DNA of 64,000 nucleotides from Podarcis liolepis (Eukaryota), in NCBI GenBank assembly GCA_965112155.1, contig OZ218108.1; one strand, given 5' to 3'. The notes beneath the pieces were generated by a model, which saw only the letters and a program-made list of their open reading frames with translations, did not search any database and had not been told where the DNA came from. This document shows, piece by piece, positions 13,101-24,860 of the stretch; position 1 is the stretch's first letter, and each line of letters starts with the position of its first letter. The translations under genes were made by a program, and so were the position numbers.

Positions 13101-16100
13101 TATTACATCTGATTTGGTAAGTTATGAGAAATATGTGCTGATGATGCAGCAGTACATAGATACAACATGTGTGTTATATTCATGCATCCACTGAAGGGGG
13201 AGTAAGTTCACTACTTTCATTTAAAAATTTAATATTGATCTTTTTGATGTGGTTTAGACTGGACGGAAGTTTATCAATGTGATTGATATAGAAGATGGTG
13301 ATCTTCTGAAAAACTTGCCAGATATTTCTGAGTCGGTTCCAAAACACATTGCCACTCAGCCTATGAAGTCTGAATTCCCAGCTTCTGCAAAATTGCATCA
13401 CATGGCAGCATCTGTTACCAATATAGTTCCACCTGAAGAATTTGAGACAGAAGGTGAACAATTTTCATTTTATTTCAAAATATTCGCTTTTAAAACCGGT
13501 TCCGTTTGATATTGTTAATTGAACAATTCCTCTGAGAATGTGCACCCCTTCAAAACACACTTTAAGTTCTTCCTGCAAAGCTGTAGCTTTCATTGTTGTA
13601 TATTGTGTTTCTTTCTTTTTTTATTTTTTATTATTAGAGTTTCCATAATTTTTATAACAACGAAAACAAAACAAGACAATACAGTAAAACACAACAAACA
13701 TTGTTGTATATTGTGTTTCTGGCAGTTAATGGAAAAGCATTTTCCCCTCTTTTTTGATTCAAAGGCAATCTTCTTCAAACCGAATCACCACAAGTGCCAC
13801 CTAAGCCAGCAGAGACAGAGATTCCTGGTGATCATCTAACATTGAACCTCCTGAATGAAGATTTCAGCACTACTTCCTCCACAGGACCATTAGCCAGAAA
13901 AATGAGCAGGAAGCACATTTCTGCCAAGCTACAGGAAATGGATAGGCAGCTACTGGCCCTACAGAACGTGGCAGAAAGGATGGAAAAAGAATTTAGCAGT
14001 ACTAAACTGGTAGGTTTATGTTTTATATGCTTCCTTCTGCTCAAAACTTTTTTGCGCCTGTGTTAAAGATTGGATAAATATTTATGTTTAAAGTGTGGCT
14101 TTGTGATCTCTCTCCTTTTTTCAGGTTGTGGACACTGTAGAAGATGTAGGTACAGGAGAGGATGACATCTCATTCTTTGCCCCAGGTGTTAAAGTTTCCA
14201 AAGAAGGTGGGTCTTGTTGGTTCTGCTGGCTGATCTATGGAAAGTTGAGAATAATTGTCAGCAGCAGGAGTGGAAGGGATGTGGGCTCAGGGTGAGAATG
14301 GTAGGATGAGATGGATGGAGAGAGGTTTCGCTGGATAAAATATTTTGAAATGAATAAAACAGTGTAGGGAGCATTGGGGAAAGGTAAAATAATCCAAATG
14401 TATCAAAATATTGCAAAAATAAGGAAGTGTCTTATGATACCTTCAAGACCTAATAAATGTATTGGTTCATTTCATGCATCTGAATGAGACTATCGCCAAC
14501 AAAAGCTTATGCCCATAATGAACTTGGTAGTTGGATAATTCCCTAAGTCACACAGAGCAGATCTATGTAAATTTAATAGACTTAAGTCCATTGAGTTCAA
14601 TGGGTAAACTCTGAGCATGATTAACACTGGATTTTTATTTTTAAAAACCCTTGTAAGTGTCACAAGACCCTTTCCTGTTTTTGCTACAAGAGATTCACAC
14701 GGCTGCTCCTCTGAACATATTGTAAAAATGTGTTTTGTTGCTTCTAAAAATCAATGTGCACTCATTTGGTTTCAATTATCCTTTTGTTGAAACAGAGCGC
14801 TATTCAACCCGTGTGATTGTGGAGAATTATACAGAGGAGGAAAGGAGTTTAGGAACGGAATCATTTCAAACTAACTACATTGCTTTGCAAACACCCTCTG
14901 CTTCTCCTTCAGCATCAGCTTCTAATCTTCCCAGAATCAAAAAGTCATCTTCTGGTACCTTTCCCTACCTGTTGATTATTCTATCATCGTGCTGCTTACT
15001 GTTTTTAGTTAGCATTATTTGTATAGTAGCCACATTTCATCATATGTGGAATAGTTCTGCTTCCATAACATTTCAAACTTTGCCATTTCATTTAGTCGTA
15101 TTTGAGGAAAGTGTCATGGATCTTGTGTGAGATAGTAGATAAAGTTGAGCCTGGTTGGGAAATTGTTCTTTCCTATGCTGTTACCTCTGTTCTGCCTTCT
15201 GCTTCCTCTGATCTTTGCATATTAAAAAGAAATGGGCAGAATATTATACTTACTCCTCCATAATCCTCCATATGAGGTGGGTGCCCTGTCTTACTTCTGT
15301 TCCTTACAGAGCTAGACAAAGGCTTGGTGTGAGAGTGTTGCATAAATCATTTTTCTTAATGGCATTGTACCACAGAGGGATGGTTCAGCCCTGGTAAAAC
15401 ATGATTGGAGGGTCACTAAGGTCTGTAGGATTGTTCTGTTCATCATCAAATGACAGGCATTTGAAGTGTGACTTTTTAAAATATGTGGGCTGCCAAAAAA
15501 TAGTGGCAATGCTTTAATGGTTTATTTTAAGCTAGTGTCCTCACAGTCCCTTTTTAATGATAGACATGCTATGGTTTTAACACTAAGCTTGGTAGTTGCC
15601 CTGAATAACGTAATACTGTCTAAATACAAAGGTATTAACTATGGATGGCTGCTTAGCAAATTCAAACACCGCAACTCCCAATATCCCTGACATTAGGCTG
15701 GTGGGAGTTAGCATCCAACATCATCTACAGGGTCACACTTTTCCTGTTTCTGTCCTAATGTATTTGTACAGTGTCCCATGTTGGTTGTATCTTATGGTGC
15801 ATTTCTCTTCTACAATCTATGCTGTCAATAAATTCTGTTTCTTTTTGCAGATATTAATGTTAGATCAGAAGAACTGGATGAGAGGTATGTATGAGAAAAT
15901 ATTGAAATTGGAGACTTGTCTGGAGAACTGGACTTGGGAAAATAGCCTGTGGGAGGGTTAAAAGACACCTGCCCACCCAAAGTCCTGATCCAATTGAAAG
16001 TCTCCATAGATGCCTTTGTTTGTTTGTTTAAGTAAAGGTATGAAATTGCAATTATACATTTAATGTATCATCAAATTTGACTCCCTAGTTTTTTCTAGAA

Positions 16101-19100
16101 GTGGTATTTTTTCCCTATTTGCAGTAATGTAATTGCTTTTTTAAAATAGTTTTTCAGAAGATCCTCTGCAGATCACTGGCTTGAGTGGCGTTTCTGACAT
16201 CATTGCTGATCTTCTACTTGAGGGTGGCATTTCTGCTTCAGAGCTGGGTCTCACAGAAACACAAGCAAAAAAAATATCCAGGTAATTGCTACATGACCTG
16301 TGACATTGTGGTAGAGTGGTTAGAGGTTAGGATACACCTTGGAAAATCAAGGTTCAAATCTCCTCAGCCATAAAGTTCACTGGGTGAATTTGGACCTGTC
16401 ATCATCTATTAGTCTAACCTACCTTATAGGGAAGAACCATGTATGCCACCTTGAGCTCCTTGGCAGGCAGGCAGCAAGTAAATAATTACAGCTGAACCTT
16501 TACTGAGATTTGTGATAGATGTCTGTTTACCTTAACCGGTCAGGTGGCAAACATCCCCACCCCATCCCCGCCATTATCCAGCGATGGGCCATGACTCGGG
16601 GGGGTCGGTCCCAGCCAGCACAACACCAATAATGGTCCCCATGCCATCCGGGGAAGTGGATTTCAGCCTGCCCCAAATTTGGCCAATCATGGGAAGGCTG
16701 TGTTGCTGTTTCTGTCCTAGAGGCAGATCGGACTGAGCTGGAAGGCTTCACTCCCATCCATCTCTTGGATATTTATTCCCTCCTCACACAGCTTCACTGA
16801 GATTCATGATAAAGTTATTAGTGTTACCTTGAGAGAGGTCCAAATCCAGTTCTGGTTGTGGACTAACTTTTGCTTTCCATGCACTTGATATTTTTGGAAA
16901 CTTTGTAGTCCTTTGAGATCAAACAGACATATATATTGCTATGCTACTTCTACATGCTTTTAAATGTTATTTCATCTAATTATTTGAAGTATGTGTTAAT
17001 TATGTCTGAGTTTTGTGCTGTATTCCAGCCTCTCCAGTGTAGTGAGTGGGCATTCACATAAAACAGAAAAGGAGAGAAAAGAGTTACACACTTGGATGAA
17101 AAGAAAGCGAAAGGAAAGACTAGCTGAGTATCTGCAAACGCTGGCTGAACAAAGGGCAAAAGAACACAATCCATTTCATTTTAGAAGAAAAATGGTAAGA
17201 CTACTTACATTGTATTGTGATCATCTGGCTGTAACAATTCAATGTAGAAAATCATTTTTAAAATGAGTTAAGATGTCGTTCTCAAATATGAATGCCCTAA
17301 TCAGCTTCCGCTGCAAATTCTATATTCTTCTGTACAATCTATTACAGCTTTAAAATTAGCTGGATCCATTTGGGGCTGGTTCAGCTACAGAAATGATCAA
17401 AGCTTGTTTATTTGTGGGATAAAATATGATAAGGAGAGGGGGGAGGGGTTGATCACATAGCCTGATCCTTTAATCCAGGGGTGGCCTAACATACCAGTAG
17501 TGGTTAGAGCAAAATGAGTAGAGATACTCTTTTCTCTTTGTCCTTCACACATTCCATTCATTTATTTTCTGGTTGGAGTGAACAGTGCATTGAGTATGGG
17601 TTAGCTTCTCCTACAGCCCAAGAAAGACAGGGAACATGCAACCAAATTTGGGAGGGGGAGTTGTCTATGCAGGGCTTTAGACTAGATGACCACTGGAGTC
17701 TCTTCCAACTCTACAATTCTGTGATTCTGTAAGGGCAGCAGACACCACTCCATCATGCAAAGATGCATTTACCAGACCTCTGACCCATTCAGTCACTCCC
17801 ACCCCAGCAGTTGACTGAAAATTCTCATAGGTTGTGTCAGTTGAAAGTATAGTTGTGGACCATGTTTGTTGGCTTGAAATGCTCGGAGGCAACCAGTTGA
17901 ATAGTTTTTATTTGTTGAGTGGCCACACCTCTCTTTTCCATTTGGGCACAGTTCCAAAATCCTAGCTCTGAAAAAGCACTTATGATGAATGTGTAACCAG
18001 TTATGAAGATTGGAAAGAGAAGATAATTTTAGTAACCGTTTGCCTTTCTTGTATAGCCACTTGGAATCACAACACAGAATATTAAATTACAGCAGAAAAA
18101 GAAATGTGAAAAAGCTAAGTAAGTTATTGCTCAGTGCCATTCCAGCCTTTCCATTTATTTTGTTCTGGTGTATGTGAATGCCAACCCCTTTACCCTGGGC
18201 AGGGGGTGGAGTTTGAATCGGGCTGAGGTGTCTATGTCAGCCCTGCTGGCCTCTGTAGCTTCCCAGCAGCCACCAGCTGATGTCACTCTGTTGGCATGGA
18301 GGTCCCCTTCTGCCCACTCAGTGGATGTGTGGATGGGCAGAAATGCCACTGGCTGCTGGATCCTAAGCATTGGGCCCAACTGTGATGTCACCCTGTCATT
18401 CTGTAAAGCCCTGTTGGTGTGGGGGTGGGAACTTAGGATTTCTCCATATAGACCTTTCAGTCACCTGCCCGGAAATAAGATCAAATGAAGCAATTTTACA
18501 TAAGGACAATTGTCCTATGAAGCTCCAGTCCTGATGATTTGCTGAAAAATAGGCCTTGGGCAGAAAATGCTGACTCAAAAAAGGGGGGAAGATGGTACAT
18601 CTAAAATTGTATACAGTGGTACCTCGCAAGACGAAAAGGGTTTTTGGTTTTTTGAGTTGCTTCGCAAGACAATTTTCCCTATGGGCTTGCTTCGCAAGAT
18701 GGAAACGTCTTGCAAGTTTGTTTCCTTTTTCTTAAAACCGTTAATACAGTTGCGACTTGACTTCGAGGAGCAACTCATAGCACGCGGTGTGGTAGCCTTT
18801 TTTGAGGTTTTTGAAGACTTTGGTGATTTTTGAAGCTTTTCCAAAACTTTTCCAAAACCGTGCTTCGCAAGACGAAAAAAACTGCAAGACGAAAAAACTC
18901 GCGGAACGAATTAATTTCGTCTTGCGAGGCACCACTGTATTGCTGTCTGTCCTGTTTCTCTGGGGAAGTTATACAGCAGGGTTGTACAATTTAAGGCCCA
19001 TAGATGAATTAGGATCCCTCTCTGCTTTCCCCCAAAGGTTAGACAGACTTTGTTTTCTTCATTAAACTAGACGAAATGTCAGTAAAGAAACAAGACTTGT

Positions 19101-22100
19101 AATAATTGGCTTAAATAATAGGCATCTTGTTTTCATTCCCTTTAGAGCCTTGTTTTCTGAGCATCATAACATTAGAGTCTCTGAAGCCCTCACTCTGATG
19201 CATGAGCTGTTGTCTGACACTGTGCAACTTCCTTCAAGTGACTTTGACTCATTAGCTAAAACCAGATCACCTCATGATTTCAAGAGACCACATATTGCTT
19301 CCGCTGGAGGGTAAAGTATACAGGCTCCCCAGTGCCTTTAATTTCCCCAGCTCAGAAGTAAGACCAATTGAGTTCAATAGACAAAAATATTAGCTGCTGC
19401 TTCCCCCACCATCTGGGTCAGGACCGCAGCATGGACGGCTAGAGTTAAGTGTGCACACACACACACTCAGATATGCATGTTAATATAACATGTAGTTTGC
19501 TCTTCAGCCTATGGAGATTGTTGTGGATATCTGTGCTACTTCCAGTGCTAACAGCAAAAAAGGAACCTAACTTAGTGGTAGAGGATCTACTTTATATGTA
19601 AAGATCCCAGGTTCAATCCCCGTCATCTCAAGTTGAATTGGTAAGATGATGGAATCAGTTATTTGCTGTAGATAATACTTGCATAGAGAGACAAATAGTT
19701 TGATATGGTTTTCTCAGTAGTTGGGAATCTGCCTTATGCCAACTCCTCACTGCAAAAATGAACCATTTGAACACTGCAGTGGTACATGGTTGTCATTACA
19801 GACACAATGGTATTATAATGTTAAATGATTAGCCTCAGCATGGACTCTGCTAATGTTATGAGAAGCAATTTTCATGCATTTGTATATTATTTCTGAAACC
19901 AGTATTGCTATGATAGAAATGTGGTATATCCCTTATAGAAGTTGCCACGCTGCAAGGAGGAAGGCTGCTTCCAAAGGTAGTTTGAGTCAGACGAGATCCT
20001 TTTCCAGTCTGTCCTGTGGCATAACTCCAAGGAAAGGTAAGAATGGAAATGAGATGGCCACAATGCCCAGATTGCACTGAACTATTTTTTTTTTTTGGGG
20101 GGGGGGTTAATACAGTTGTGCTTTCCAATTCTTGATCCATAAATTGGGTATTTTGTGTCATTTCTGCTCAAGGCCGACTATGCCAAACTCCATACAGAAG
20201 AAAGGGACCAGAATCCCATCATGGGGAGATGTGGAAAACCAGGAGACCCCTGCAACAGTGGTCAAGTCACAGGCTTGACTTAAGAAGTCAAGGTTTGTTA
20301 TTGGACCAGTTCTCGCACTGTTCATTGGTGCTCATCTCTGCTTTCCGGCAGTGAACACTGAATCTTCTGGGAGGAAAGTTTTTTGTCTTATTATAAGCTT
20401 CAAAAGTCCAAAATACATAGGTTAGGGGTTTAACCAAGAGCTGGATAATCAAAAGTCTTTACCAATGCTGTTTGCTGGAGTTGGGGACCTTTCTGGGCAG
20501 CTTCCGCAAGACTTGGAAATGCGAGTGAGCTTGCCCAATAGTTGAAGGAGCTTTAAAAATGTTTGGTGTATTTGACTAGCTGTGCAAGCCATAACTAGGG
20601 TCTTGAACTTTGCGTTACAATAGATAAATTCCAAAGCACTTTTTGTGCCTGTGCAGAACCTTCTGAGCCTTTGAGGAAAATAATGATGTTTGAGATGAAT
20701 ACCATTTCAACATAACAAAGTAGCCAAATTTGTACTTGGTAATTACACCATTTAGTGGCATGTCCAATGGGCATCACTGTCAAGACCAACATAATAGAGG
20801 AGGCTATGGGAGCAGAGCTTTGTGCTGCAGTCCCTTGATTAGAGATTGAGGGCTTTTGACTTTGTTCAATACAGTAAAGTTTGCTGTGTTGAGAAGTTTA
20901 TATTGCATCGCTTTGTAGCGCATCTTGCTTCAAATAGTAAGCGGTTGAGGGTTAAGTTGTAATACTGCATGCACTGATTACAGAATCTTTATTCCTTCCA
21001 TTTGTAACAGATTCATTTTGCTGCATCTTTCTTCTGTGAACATGGAACTATAAGCAGAGAACAGTAGGCCCCAAAGTGTACCATGGCAGGGGTGACTCTA
21101 AGACAGTTATAATTGGGTAAAACGAATAAGAGGGCTCAGTAGCCCATATTAGATATTCTAGGGCAGGTGGAAACCACTAGCAAATCTGACTTTGGAAGCA
21201 AGGGGGATAAAGGTTGCAGAATTTAGGCCCAGAACACCAATTAAGAAGAGATAGTTGAATGAAAGAAATACTTGCAAATAAAGAATGTGCTCTCTTGCAG
21301 CTTCTGATGAGCAGAGAAAGTTCCAAGACACCGACACAACAACTCGCACAAATGAGGAGAGTGAAGACGACGCCATGAGTGTTTGGAGCATCCCTGATGA
21401 GATCCAGAGGATACTGTATGGTGGTTCTAATTCCCATTTCAAGGTAAGGGTGGAAACATAATTAGCCATTTCTCATTCTGCGTATTTGGGACAGTAACTT
21501 TATTTTAATCCCCTTTTCTATGCAAATGCACTCGATGTTGCTGGCTAAAAATGCAGACATGATAACTGGGGGAAGGTGCCAGCCCAAGCCACTGGTGGAA
21601 GGGATCATGGCAGCATAGGATGCACCCACCCTACTGTCCCTGGTGGATTTCTGGGAGAGGGGGAAGAGACGCTGAAACAGTGTGAGCTCACAGAAACTCC
21701 AAATAAGGTGGTCTTTGCTGGCATTATGGACAGCAATGCTAGGCAGGCAGGATAATTATTCTCCTGCTGTTAAAGCAGGACCTGGCTGCTGCTCCGAAGG
21801 AGCGGCTATCTTGAATGTTTAGACCACCATCTGAGAGGAAATATGGAATATGGTAGACTGTAAGTCAGAGTAGAGGAGGAGAGGGGGGAAATGAGATCCT
21901 GGCAGTTGGTGGTGTCAGTATAAAGTTGGTGAAGAAAGCACTTTGGGGAGCTTAGTCTGGCTAGCTAAGCTCTATCACACAAAATCCTATCATTGATTAC
22001 CTTTTATATCTCCACAGGAGTCTTTGCCTCATGAAGATGCTTGCTCCATTGCCAGCCTTAATAACTTGGACAGTGTGTCTGAAAGTACTAGCAGCATCCT

Positions 22101-22158
22101 CAGCAAGCTTGACTGGAATGCAGTGGAGGCTATGGTAGCAAATGTGGAAGAAAAATAA
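1069..22158 (+). CDS. CPLANE1: CPLANE1 (C5orf42/JBTS17) ciliogenesis and planar polarity effector 1, 3' part (25 predicted coding exons; gene begins upstream of the window)
   Basis: Exons carry recognisable CPLANE1 motifs ([14 protein letters not shown]|[30 protein letters not shown]...[43 protein letters not shown]). GT-AG boundaries chain with compatible phases. Tail-to-tail synteny with NIPBL. Confidence 0.95.
1970..2050 (+). CDS. CPLANE1: CPLANE1 exon ([26 protein letters not shown])
   Basis: ttttttctctctacag acceptor, AG|gtaaaa donor, phase 2-2, open frame. Confidence 0.7.
2898..3078 (+). CDS. CPLANE1: CPLANE1 exon (...[17 protein letters not shown])
   Basis: tttgcag acceptor, CAG|gtaaaa donor, conserved motif. 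Confidence 0.9.
3154..3902. mobile_element. Tc2/pogo-type non-autonomous DNA transposon (MITE) with internal minisatellite
   Basis: TA + CCGTATTTTTCGCCCTATAAGACGCAC ... GTGCGTCCTATAGGGCGAAAAATACGG + TA (27-bp TIRs with 1 mismatch, TA TSD). Confidence 0.9.
3311..3728. repeat. 99-bp GC-rich palindromic tandem repeat, ~4.2 copies
   Basis: Unit starts at 3311, 3410, 3509, 3608, 3707; appears as a 33-aa repeat in the ORF track. Confidence 0.95.
4270..4503. mobile_element. Tigger/pogo-like MITE, degenerate
   Basis: TA-CAGTCAAACCTCGG at left, decayed TGAGGTTTAACTA at right. Confidence 0.7.
4840..5130 (+). CDS. CPLANE1: CPLANE1 exon ([21 protein letters not shown]...)
   Basis: ttctag acceptor, gtaagt donor, 291 nt, conserved motif. 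Confidence 0.92.
5244..5972 (+). CDS. CPLANE1: CPLANE1 large proline-rich exon
   Basis: 729 nt open frame (ORF 5325-5990), catttag acceptor, AAG|gtaatt donor. Confidence 0.9.
6238..6373. mobile_element. Palindromic hAT-type MITE (136 bp)
   Basis: CAGGGATGGGGAA...CTCCATCTCTG ends, 8-bp TSD CTTTAAAA on both sides; related to the 62160-62295 copy. Confidence 0.8.
6575..6744 (+). CDS. CPLANE1: CPLANE1 exon ([17 protein letters not shown]...)
   Basis: aaacag acceptor, AG|gtaaga donor, PKLIPL motif. Confidence 0.9.
7849..7963 (+). CDS. CPLANE1: CPLANE1 exon ([24 protein letters not shown]...)
   Basis: Phase-2 start completes an AGG codon; RQRRR and VTF motifs; AAG|gtacag donor. Confidence 0.85.
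8600..9155 (-). mobile_element. L2 (LINE2) 3' fragment with (TAA)n tail
   Basis: Minus [26 protein letters not shown]...[14 protein letters not shown] is a typical L2 ORF2 C-terminus; TAA microsatellite tail at 8600-8645. Confidence 0.9.
9245..9300 (+). mobile_element. Second L2 3' tail fragment, opposite orientation
   Basis: GGGAAACCCAGCCAGATGGTCAGGGTATAAATAATAA is the reverse complement of 8640-8675. Confidence 0.8.
9674..9710 (+). CDS. CPLANE1: CPLANE1 short exon ([12 protein letters not shown]); alternative in-frame donor after 9725
   Basis: ttctgtcag acceptor; donors G|gtgggt (9711) and A|gtgagt (9726) both give the required phase 1. Confidence 0.65.
10298..10396 (+). CDS. CPLANE1: CPLANE1 exon ([32 protein letters not shown])
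   Basis: Conserved SAGLH...DASTNTDP motif, GT-AG bounds, phase 1-1. Confidence 0.92.
10760..10858 (+). CDS. CPLANE1: CPLANE1 99-nt exon, copy A ([33 protein letters not shown])
   Basis: caatcaag acceptor, CAG|gtgtgc donor, phase 1-1, open frame. Confidence 0.75.
11741..11839 (+). CDS. CPLANE1: CPLANE1 99-nt exon, copy B ([33 protein letters not shown])
   Basis: 76/99 nt identical to copy A, same splice contexts, open frame. Confidence 0.7.
12304..12467. mobile_element. Tigger/pogo-like MITE
   Basis: TA-CAGTGGTACCTCGGTTTA...TAAACTGAGGTACCACTG-TA. Confidence 0.9.
12998..13116 (+). CDS. CPLANE1: CPLANE1 exon ([22 protein letters not shown]...)
   Basis: PDLYLNL motif; cacacag acceptor, gtaagt donor. 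Confidence 0.9.
13258..13453 (+). CDS. CPLANE1: CPLANE1 exon ([17 protein letters not shown]...[13 protein letters not shown])
   Basis: INVIDIE and [10 protein letters not shown] motifs; phase 0-1. Confidence 0.9.
13613..13698 (-). mobile_element. 5'-truncated retroposon 3' end with A-rich tail (L1/Tx1-like)
   Basis: Perfect 22-bp direct repeat CATTGTTGTATATTGTGTTTCT at 13591-13612 and 13699-13720 flanking a T-rich start. Confidence 0.75.
13765..14009 (+). CDS. CPLANE1: CPLANE1 exon (...[31 protein letters not shown], coiled coil)
   Basis: ttcaaag acceptor, CTG|gtaggt donor, in frame with ORF 13794. Confidence 0.9.
14125..14206 (+). CDS. CPLANE1: CPLANE1 exon ([27 protein letters not shown])
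   Basis: Strong pyrimidine tract plus cag; G|gtgggt donor; phase 0-1. Confidence 0.8.
14796..14954 (+). CDS. CPLANE1: CPLANE1 exon ([20 protein letters not shown]...)
   Basis: aaacag acceptor, G|gtacct donor, phase 1-1. Confidence 0.75.
15851..15884 (+). CDS. CPLANE1: CPLANE1 34-nt exon ([11 protein letters not shown])
   Basis: tttttgcag acceptor, AG|gtatgt donor; supplies the phase 1 to 2 change needed. Confidence 0.75.
16150..16281 (+). CDS. CPLANE1: CPLANE1 exon ([36 protein letters not shown]...)
   Basis: DPLQxTGL and ELGLTE motifs; phase 2-2. Confidence 0.92.
17029..17194 (+). CDS. CPLANE1: CPLANE1 exon ([25 protein letters not shown]...EHNPF)
   Basis: Highly conserved motif; ATG|gtaaga donor; alternative in-frame acceptor at 17038. 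Confidence 0.92.
18057..18118 (+). CDS. CPLANE1: CPLANE1 exon ([20 protein letters not shown])
   Basis: gtatag acceptor, AA|gtaagt donor. Confidence 0.88.
18614..18937. mobile_element. Tigger/pogo-like MITE (CGCAAGACGAA subfamily)
   Basis: TA-CAGTGGTACCTCGCAAGACGAA...TTCGTCTTGCGAGGCACCACTG-TA. Confidence 0.9.
19146..19310 (+). CDS. CPLANE1: CPLANE1 exon ([29 protein letters not shown]...)
   Basis: SEH...LMxELLS.VQLP motif; phase 2-2. Confidence 0.9.
19939..20036 (+). CDS. CPLANE1: CPLANE1 exon ([21 protein letters not shown]...)
   Basis: ccttatag acceptor, G|gtaaga donor, phase 2-1. Confidence 0.75.
20173..20292 (+). CDS. CPLANE1: CPLANE1 exon ([21 protein letters not shown]...)
   Basis: ctcaag acceptor, G|gtttgt donor, open 120 nt, phase 1-1. 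Confidence 0.6.
21301..21443 (+). CDS. CPLANE1: CPLANE1 penultimate exon (...[23 protein letters not shown])
   Basis: ctcttgcag acceptor, AAG|gtaagg donor, WxIPxEI motif. Confidence 0.9.
22018..22158 (+). CDS. CPLANE1: CPLANE1 last coding exon (...[29 protein letters not shown])
   Basis: Conserved C-terminal motif; TAA at 22156-22158. Confidence 0.95.
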   Translation, partial: ESLPHEDACSIASLNNLDSVSESTSSILSKLDWNAVEAMVANVEEK

Positions 22159-22553
22159 AACCAGAATTTCTTGGATGCTCTGCCCTTTAAAAGGAAAGTA
22201 GGCCCAATATTATTTGGAAAAATATCTGACAGCTGACCATCATGGCATAATATTATGGCAAAATTCTAAGCAAATAACACTTCTTTCCTAACCAATAAGC
22301 TAGCATATAAAAGCAAAATCACGGAATTATGCAGACCAGTACAATACTACATATACTTCTTGGAACATGACTTCTTGGAACATGCTTATGTTTGGTATAT
22401 TGGGCAAAGAAGACAAGATTCATAGTTTCTGAAAGCAGTATTTAAATAGCAAGATTTAAATAGCCACAGTTGCACAGTGATTAAAAAGATAATTCATACC
22501 TAAGATTCTGAATCATGTTTTATAGTTATTTAAGTAGTAGTTTGTAGTAATGT

Positions 22554-22559
22554 AATAAA
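22554..22559 (+). terminator. Probable CPLANE1 poly(A) signal AATAAA
   Basis: AATAAA ~400 nt after the stop, followed by T/GT-rich sequence. Confidence 0.6.
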
Positions 22560-22776
22560 TTTTTTTGCGGTTTAATACTTTCAAATGGTGTTTTTGCAAA
22601 AGAAAGACGATTCTGGCAGGTCAGTCAGTGTCACAGCTTTATTGTTTGTCCCCAAAGGCCATTTACAATTGAATGACCCAACAAGGTTTGGTTGTTCAAT
22701 TGCTTTGAAGACTATGACTGATGCTGCCCACCTCGTCCATAGTCACCTTCTATTTTAGGCCTACTGTGACCATTTA

Positions 22777-23086
22777 GGTAAAGGGACCCCTGACCATTAT
22801 GTCCAGTCGTGGCCGACTCTGGAGTTGCGGCGCTCATCTCACTGTACTGGCTGAGGGAGCCGGTGTACAGCTTCTGGGTCATGTGGCCAGCATGACTAAG
22901 CCGTTTCTGGCGAACCAGAGCAACGCACGGAAATGCTGTCTACCTTCCCGCCAGAGCGGTACTTATTTATCTACTTGCACTTCGTGCTTTCGAATTGCTA
23001 GGTTGGCAGTGGGGATTCAAACAGCCAACCTTCTGATCGGCAAGCCCTATGCTCTGCGGTTTAACCCACAGCACCACCCGCATCCC
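22777..23086 (-). mobile_element. Sauria SINE
   Basis: Minus strand begins GGGATGCGGGTGGTGCTGTGGGTTAAACC, ends CCCTTTACC; 11-bp TSD GTGACCATTTA (22766-22776 and 23087-23097). Confidence 0.9.
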
Positions 23087-24860
23087 GTGACCATTTACAA
23101 AATACTAGTTCCTACAGTCCACTGTGCTGTGAATGCAAGGCACAACACCGATTGTACCTTACTCCATTAGAAAGGCAGATGTGCAAGAATTACATCTGAG
23201 ACAGAAATTGGTAGAATGAATACTACACACACAAAACTTTAGCACAAGGGATAGCGGGGGGGGGGGGGGGTCTTGTAAAAGTGCATCCTCAGCTGGGCAA
23301 GCTGTCTTCCCTTGGATCTCATTTCATCTCTATATACCCTACAGTATATACAACACAACCTCCTAGAAGTATAGAGTTGGAAGGGACCATGGACGGTGAT
23401 CTAGTCCAATACCAATCAATGGAGGAATCCTGGCCACAGCTGTCCCTGGGTGGGCTCAGGCCACCAGCCTTCGGGTTAAGAGCCATTGTGCCACCTGTTT
23501 ACATTTAAAATGGGATTATAGGCTGTGAGGCAGGAAGTCCCCAAAGAGGGAATTCTGAATAACTAAGAGTCGGAACTTGATCTTTGAAACAACATTCTTA
23601 AAAGGAAAATCCAAATTAATAGAGGGATGTTAAGCACACATGGTTTCTAACTTGCTGCCCTCTATATATTGCTGGTCAACAACTCCCACAATCCCTATTG
23701 GCCATGCTAGCTGCTGTTGATGAGAGCTGGAGTCTCGACAATATCTGGAGGGCAACATGTTTTCCTATTCATGTTATAAATCATCTAAACTAAGAGTTTA
23801 AGAGTGTCTGTTGGACTCACATTCTTACCTGTGAGGAGTACTCAGGTGGCATCCCAAAGCAAATAACCCTTTACAGAATTGCTGTTTGCCTCCAGTGGTA
23901 CTTGCTATCTTTGCAGAAATTACCTGGAGGCTGAAGGGGTATATTTGAAGAAAAACATAAGCCAACATTTAATTAAAAAGTAAACTTTAACTCAGAAGGG
24001 AGGAATACCCTTTGCTCTGCCCAGTTCCAAGGCACCATTCCTGAAAATAGTATTGCTGTCCTTATCAAATTATCCAAAGATTGATTTCTCTTGTCAAGTG
24101 CTCATCAATGGTCAGAGACTGCAAGATTCAGACTGTATAAAGAGATATCAAACATCCATATTTTCTTATTCAACAGTTTTGTTTGTATACGTAAAAGGAG
24201 TAGGTGGAATTTATTACAATTCTTGATGCCCCTCCAGAAGCAAGACTCAACATATAATCCACTCACCAATAACAATACCTGCTCCCCTTAGGAGCTTGTG
24301 CTGGAAACACAGTAAACAACTTTGAATCAGTTCTGTGTAAACTCAAAATATCCTGGAACAGTTGCTGCAAGGAACAAGCTTAATTAGCAATGGGAATATA
24401 CATGAAATTTCAAACATTTTTGCTGTTAAATTCTAATATATTAATTCTACCCAGGAAGGTATTGGAATAAGTAATAAAGTAATAAGGAAGTAATAAAACC
24501 AATTTGTAAGCACCTAGAGCGAAGCCTTCCCCAATGTCGATCCCTCTATATGTTTTGCACTGCAACTTCCATCTAAAACTCAAAAACTGTAAACCAAAAC
24601 ATCTAGAAGGCACTAGGTTGGGGAAAGCAGACCTAGAGGGTAAATTTGACTTACTAACCGTCAGCATGCTTTTATAAAGAACATGTAAAAGAAACCCATT
24701 AAGTGACTAAGTATAACATTTGCTTTCCCAACTTAAAAGACTAAATTAGCACTAAACTGCAGTACAACAAATAGGAGGAAATTAAAATTATTTCATAGAA
24801 AATTATTAAATAGATTCTGATGAAGAATTAGTCATGTCAGTTTAATTCTTGAATTCTGTA

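Noticed and set aside
19570-19630. tRNA-like A/B box sequence
   Set aside because: Degenerate tRNA-derived SINE head; no complete cloverleaf.
21011-21116. Possible extra CPLANE1 exon after tttgtaacag
   Set aside because: The required phase-1 frame hits TGA early, and the flanking exons join in frame without it.
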